Position numbers and translations under genes: made by a program | Notes under the pieces: model-generated | The model's input: the letters and a program-made list of their open reading frames with translations, nothing else | What the model was told of the DNA's origin: nothing | The model's database searches: none | In this document: positions 58,189 through 64,000 of the stretch, piece by piece | How positions within the stretch are numbered: position 1 is the stretch's first letter | Layout: each line of letters begins with the position of its first letter | NCBI RefSeq assembly: GCF_009914755.1 | Contig: NC_060937.1 | Strand: one strand, 5' to 3' | Origin: the human T2T-CHM13v2.0 reference genome, Homo sapiens | DNA: 64,000 nucleotides

Positions 58189-58722
58189 TATGCACCAGTA
58201 AAACATTGTAACATGTTTGCTTAAATGTTTCTTACAGTCAATAGGAATTACAGTGATACCTATGTAAATTATAATTGGTAACTGATTTGAATATTCATTA
58301 CTATTATAATTATAATCAATAATGTATTTTCTAAAATGTGTATGCAGAGGTTTTTTTTTTTCAGTTTAAAATAAAGGCACACTATTGATGCATAATCAAG
58401 TCAAGATGCAGAAGTTCATGTTCCAACTGAATCAGTGAAAAAAACAAGTCTGGAAGCTGTTTTGAAATTTCTTGATGAAGGAAAATGGCAAATTTCTGTG
58501 GTAGAGCAAATTGAAAAAGTCCTTAGTTGTGTGAAAATATCTTTCAAGACAATAAAATGCCCAGTGCAAAAAGATGTTTTCTGCAATTACTTAGTGAATG
58601 TAGTAAGAACTTTGCTCTCAAATTGTCAAAATTAATCACCTAAAATCCTAATGAAAATGTCAAAATTTTTTTCTATTAATTTTTGAACAGAATTAAACTT
58701 GTAACTTTAGGCAACCATAATA

Positions 58723-59075
58723 CAGCTTGGATCCTTATATATTTCCAAAAATCCAAAAGCCTCCAGAATTCAAAACATTTTGAGCACAGACACTACGCCA
58801 GCAGTGGGAAATTCCACTCCTAACTTCATCAAAAGTCACAATAAGACAGTCAAAACTTTGTTTCTTGCACAAAATTATTAAAAATACTGTAAAAAAATTA
58901 CCTCCAGGCTATGTGTTTAAGGTATATTTGAAAGATAAATGAGTTTTGGGTTCAGACTCGGGTTCCATCTTCAAGATATCTCATTATGTATATGCACATA
59001 TTCCAAAATACCAAAAACCCTGAAATCCAAAACACTTTTGCCCTCAAGCATTTCAGGTAAGAGATACTCAACCTC
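58723..59075. mobile_element. Tigger4b (Zombi)-like
   Basis: ta|cag..gatatctcattatgtatatgc..aagcatttcaggtaagagatactcaacctc|ta. Confidence 0.85.
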
Positions 59076-59318
59076 TATTAATAAATCTAGAGTTGACTTT
59101 TAATTTGTGCAATATCCCTTTGAGTGAGTTTGATGTAATAATCCTGAGCTGGAAAAAGAATTAGTGAATTTACCGAACATAGACAGATATCATTTTAAAA
59201 ATAATATGCTTTTATTTCAAAGTCTCAAAGTTAAATCAATTTTTCAAAAAAAAAAAAAAAGGAAGAAAGAATCAGCTTGGTAAGGGTAGATGCAACTAGT
59301 AAAGGAAAGTGCTTTCTT

Positions 59319-59599
59319 TCTTTTTTTTTTTTTTCTGCCGCCCAGGCTGGAGTGTAGTGGCATGATTTTGCCTCACTGAAACTTCCACCTCCCAGGTTCA
59401 AGCAATTCTCCTGCCTCAACCTCCCAAGTAGCTGGGATTACAGGCACCCACCACTATGCCCAGCTAATTTTTGTATTTTTAGTAGCCATGGGGTTTCACC
59501 ATGTCTGCCAAGCTGGTCTTGATCTCTTGATCTCAGGTAATCCACCTGCCTCTGCCATCTAAGTGGTGGGATTACAGGAGTGAGCCACTGCGCCCGGCC
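59319..59599 (-). mobile_element. AluS
   Basis: TSD gaaagtgctttctt at 59305-59318 and 59601-59614. Confidence 0.96.
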
Positions 59600-61400
59600 A
59601 GAAAGTGCTTTCTTAATACTTGGTTTTGTGGTTAGAAAATGTTTAAGTATGTCTGGGACAAGTTGAATATAAATATGTAAATCTACTTTTTCAACTGCAA
59701 ATTTTATGAAATCTTAATATAGATCATGTATTTCTGATGAAAATGTAGTGACTTAAGTGAGACGTGCTGTAAGTACAAAGTGTGCCACAGATTTTGAAGA
59801 CTTGGTAAAAAAGAAAGAAAAGCAATATATCTTAAGTTGAAATGATAAAATGTTGGATATATAAAATATGTTGCTAAAATTAATTTCTGCTATTTTGTTT
59901 TACTTTTTTAATTTGGGCACTAGAAAATTTATAATTACATATATGGCTATCATATTTCTATTGGAAAGTACTTTCTTAGACAAATGAATAAATTACATTG
60001 TAAAAACATATAAAATATATTTTGTATTTACGTGAAATGCACTTTCTATTTGTCCTAGTTTCAGATCCTGGAAAAGTAGTTGGACAAGTCCTTTTCTTAG
60101 CCACATTATAGTATAAAGAAAAATTTAAATAAATTACCGCTTTAAAGCTCATATTTTTAATTCAAAATTGCAGTACTTAATTCAAAGTTAAAAGGTTGAT
60201 TGTAATTTCTATGTTAGTGGTCTATAGATTTTAGTGATGGTATAATCAACAAAAGCATAATACAGTATTTTGGAATTAAAATACATATAACATTTATTCA
60301 GATGTGAAATGTCACTAGATAATATGTTAAGATTCCAAGAAAATTGACAAAAATAGTAGAAACTAGAATTTAGGTATATTCGCTAGTGACCCTTGATTAA
60401 TTTATCTTTGAAAATGAAATTTTACCTAGCTGTAATAAATTTTATAGGGTTTCAGTTTCAAAATGACTATGACATTTGCTTCAGACATCAAGACAGTTTC
60501 CCATTATTCCAAACATTTTCAAAGGAAATGTAAACACTTTTCACCAGACAAAAAAATTTTTGAATACATTAATCATGTCTTAAAAAAAATACATATGCAT
60601 CAGAGATACCTATAGAATGCATGGATCTTATTAGGAAATAATAAAGGCAAATGCTTCTATTAAATAATTTGTGCAGTAAAATCTTTGTTTGCTTGATTTT
60701 TGCTGATATTCACACTCACCGCTTTCTACTTGACCAGATACAGAGAGAGAAGTAAACTTCTGAATATTGTGAGTAGTCTCTTTTTGATTTACAAATCAGT
60801 TTATTTGATACCATCTCCACTATTTCAGATCCTGGGAATTTATTTCCACAATCATGCCTTTCAACAATTTATAGAAATTTGCAGCTCAAAATCTTACAGA
60901 TTACCTTGTCCAACCCCCTTTTTTTACAGGTAGGGAAGCTGAGGTCCATGGATGATAGCAACACTTCATTAGTCAATTAAACTGGAAAAAACAAAACACA
61001 GAAACGCTTTTCCAGGGGGCAGGATTTTTCCCAATAAATATATCTTGCTGTTGATCCACACCCTTGTCTTTATTTCTCTTCCTCCTTTAGGACGGATTGG
61101 ATTTTTTAATCCAGAGTGAAAAGTAATTATTGTTAAAGTTGGCAGCTGAGGAACTGGGGTCTTCATGGAATGGAAATCCCTTTTTCAGTGTGGACATGCT
61201 AAGGCCCTGTCCCTGTGCAAGGAGCTCACTGCCATGCACTGATTCTTTCCTGGAGGGTGGGCCCAGCCCCATAAAGAGAAGAGAGAGATTTCTCCATAAT
61301 CCTAAAATCACTTTTTCTGTAAAGCATGTAGGATCAGAGGACCTTCTGACCATCCTACTGATACACGTAGTTTGTCTATTCATGTTTTTCTTTTGCTTAC

Positions 61401-61559
61401 TTCTCTTCATGCATTTAATACTTCCATGGCCGTGTTGCATTTCTAATGTTCCGAAAGAACGGCCACAACGTTTGAAAAGTAGTGAAGTATTCGATCTAGT
61501 GCTTGACTTAACATATCCAAATCTGCTTTTTCTAGATCTGTAGATGACTGCCCAGAGTG
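61401..61559 (-). other. Candidate 159-bp internal exon (coding or lncRNA), gene not recognised
   Basis: Minus strand tttgttag|CACTCTGGG...AAGAGAA|gtaagc. One frame fully open. Local CpG retention. Not a recognisable repeat. Confidence 0.35.
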
Positions 61560-62637
61560 CTAACAAATATACATATATACATTTGATATTTATTAACACA
61601 AAATGTTTCATTTTATGTTTTGTACTCTACTCACAATATGACAATAACAGGCTTTTTCTTTTCATAAATTAAAAGTAAAATATCAATAATGGTACTCAAA
61701 GCCCATATGAGGCTTTTTTTTTTCTTTTGGATATTTGAAGACCATTCACTGCCTCCCAAAGAAATCAAATAGCTCTTCAGATTCTAAGTTTGGCAAGTTG
61801 GAGAAAACAAAACATTTTGAAATATATTGTGGATCTGAGCAAAGTTTTACGGATTTCATTTGTATTTACTTTTATTAAAAAATCGCAAAAGTAGAAAGGT
61901 GTCAGTAATTATCATCTACCAATTACAGTAAATAGGAGACAAACTTGTTAAAAACCAACAATATCAGATTAACATAAGACAGAAGATAACCTTGCAGATC
62001 AGAAAACCTCAGGTGTTCTTATCAGTGAAAACAATTTTAAGAATTTCTAAGCAAAATTATCTGTGTTCCATTTAGGTTGTTTAACTTTTATCAAAAACCG
62101 CATATAAATGCAAAGACATACATAAATGACCATGTTGACTTATGATTTCAAGCCTTTGCTAAATCTTCCTTTAAGACCAAAATGTTACTTTTAAAAAAAA
62201 AAAAGCACACAGATGCTTTCAAATTTGTTGTCATTGCAAGAAAAGTCTGAGATGTGTATTGAGCATTGGCATAAGCTTAGTTGGCTGGCATCAGAGTTAG
62301 TAACAGGTGGCAGAGTAAGCAGTAAAATTGCAAAGGCAGAACTGTTTGCATTTCCTGCAATATCATATCAATCTTTTTCTAGTAAGTATAATTCTGGTCA
62401 TTAGAATCATTATTTTGTTTTGTTTTTTAATGGAAGCCCAGAGACACAAGAATATTTATGTCTTATTGTTAATAACTTATAGAGAAGGTTTTTAATCTAT
62501 TATATCAGAAATAGTAATGGTCACATTTGTGTATCCTATGGTGGCATACAATTCACTTCCTAGGCATCATTTTATTTTTTCCCACTCTAAGATGTGAATC
62601 TGACATCCTTAAAGAATAAAATACTATATTATACTAG

Positions 62638-63145
62638 GGTTGGGAACAGGCCCCCAAATCTGGCCATAAACTGGCCCCCAACTGGCCATAAACAAAATCT
62701 CTGTGGCACTGCGACATGCTCGTGATGGCCATGATGCCCATGCTGGAAGGTTGTGGGTTTACCAGAATGAGGGCAAGGAATACCTGGCCCACCCAGGGCG
62801 GAAAACCACTTAAGGCGTTCCTAAACCACAAACAATAGCATAAGCAATCTGTGCCTTAAGGACATGCTCCTGATGCAGATAACTAGCCAGAGCCCGTCCC
62901 TTTATTTCGGCCCATCCCTTTGTTTCCTGTAAGGAATACTTTTAGTTAATTGATAATCTATAGAAACAATGCTTATCACTGGCTTGCTGTCAATAAATAT
63001 GCAGGTAAATCTCTGTTTGAGGCTCTCAGTTCTGAAGGCTTAAACCCCTGATTTCCTACTCCATACCTCTATATTTCTGTGTGTGTGTCTTTAATTCCTC
63101 TAGTGCCACTGGGTTAGGGTCTCCACGACTGAGCTGGTCTTGGCA
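62638..63145 (+). mobile_element. MER9 (HERV-K HML-3) solo LTR
   Basis: gttgggaacaggcccccaaatctggccataaactggcc..aataaa..gagctggtcttggca. Exact 6-bp TSD tactag at 62632-62637 and 63146-63151. Confidence 0.95.
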
Positions 63146-63231
63146 TACTAGCAACTTCTATCATCAACTAACCTTCTCATTGCTGTGTGCTTGATTTTTA
63201 AAAATATTGCATCATTTTCCCAATTTTATGG

Positions 63232-63520
63232 ATTGATTGATTGATTGACACAGGGTCTCTTTCTTCCAGGCTGGAGTACGGTGGCACAATCATGGTTCGC
63301 TGTAACCTCAAACTCCTGGGCCCAAGCCATCCTCCCACCTCAGCCTCCTGAGTAGCTAGGACTACAGGTGTGTGTCACCACATCCAGTTAATTTTTGTAT
63401 TTTTGTATGAACAGGGTCTTGTCACATACCCCATCTGTTCTGAATTCCTGGCCTCAAGCAATCCTCACCTTTTAGCCTCCCAGCTCACTGAGATTATAGC
63501 ATGAGCCACCACATCAAGCT
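63232..63520 (-). mobile_element. AluJ with (GATT)n tail
   Basis: gattgattgattga cacagggtct..aactcctgggcccaagccatcctcccacctcagcc. Confidence 0.92.
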
Positions 63521-63929
63521 TATTGAAATTCTATTAGTCCAAATTATTGCTGTTACAAACACGTAGAAAATATCTTCTACATAATATATTTGAAATTTTA
63601 TTTGGAACAATAATATATATGTTTGGATTATGACTTAAATGTGTTTAGAATTATTGCTTAAAATTTACATTGCTATTAAAATTAGAAATGCAAGAAAAAA
63701 GTTTTTGTAACAGCAGTATAATTAAAGTTAATGTTACATATTTATAAAAATGTAGATGTTTATTTTAAGTCTAATAGTAGAGAAAAAGAGTTATACATTG
63801 TGGTTATGAAAAGAGTATAGGTTTTGAATTTAGATAAAGTCTTCCTTTTATAATTCACTTATCTGTAAACCTTACCTGAATAAAGGAGGAAACCATAACT
63901 ACTGAACAAGGTAGTGAGGGGAATTACAT

Positions 63930-64000
63930 GGTTTCTTCTGAAGGCTGTGAGGGCAGCATCCATTCCAGGCTTGGCTTGTTGGTTTACACATAGTCATTTT
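63930..64000 (-). mobile_element. MLT1 LTR fragment running off the window, preceded by a MIR remnant (~63805-63930)
   Basis: ggtttcttctgaaggctgtgagggcagcatccattccaggc. Confidence 0.55.

Larger units (their letters stand above)
57222..59971. mobile_element. Charlie1-family hAT fossil (Charlie1a-like) fragmented by four insertions
   Basis: Termini 'aatacagtatccactagcaacatg..gaaatatggctagt' and 'ctagaaaatttataattacatatatggct..tttctattggaaagtact'. About 1.4 kb remains after removing the inserts. Confidence 0.75.

Noticed and set aside
61087-61611. 174-aa single-exon ORF
   Set aside because: It starts at a non-ATG codon and its flanks look intronic. Only the splice-bounded core is kept as a candidate.

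Overview
This is primate (human-like), AT-rich, repeat-dense DNA that looks intergenic or deep-intronic. No complete host protein-coding gene or RNA gene is supported, and most long ORFs come from L1, Alu, ERVL or satellite sequence. Interspersed repeats include Alus, L1s (a 5'-truncated L1PA3-like copy and a 5'-inverted L1PA15/16-like copy), MaLR/ERV1/ERVK/ERVL LTRs, a collapsed ERVL provirus, hAT/Tigger fossils, and L2/MIR/CR1 remnants. The main oddity is a ~9 kb SATR1/SATR2-type satellite block (35.7-44.7 kb). It appears to split one MIR, and it has ~1.2 kb direct repeats 6.76 kb apart, inverted arrays around an AT-rich spacer, and fold-back junctions at the monomer's own palindrome. Also notable are a two-template insertion at 30.2-30.5 kb and a few candidate exons. 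Subfamily names come from recalled consensus motifs, not an alignment run.
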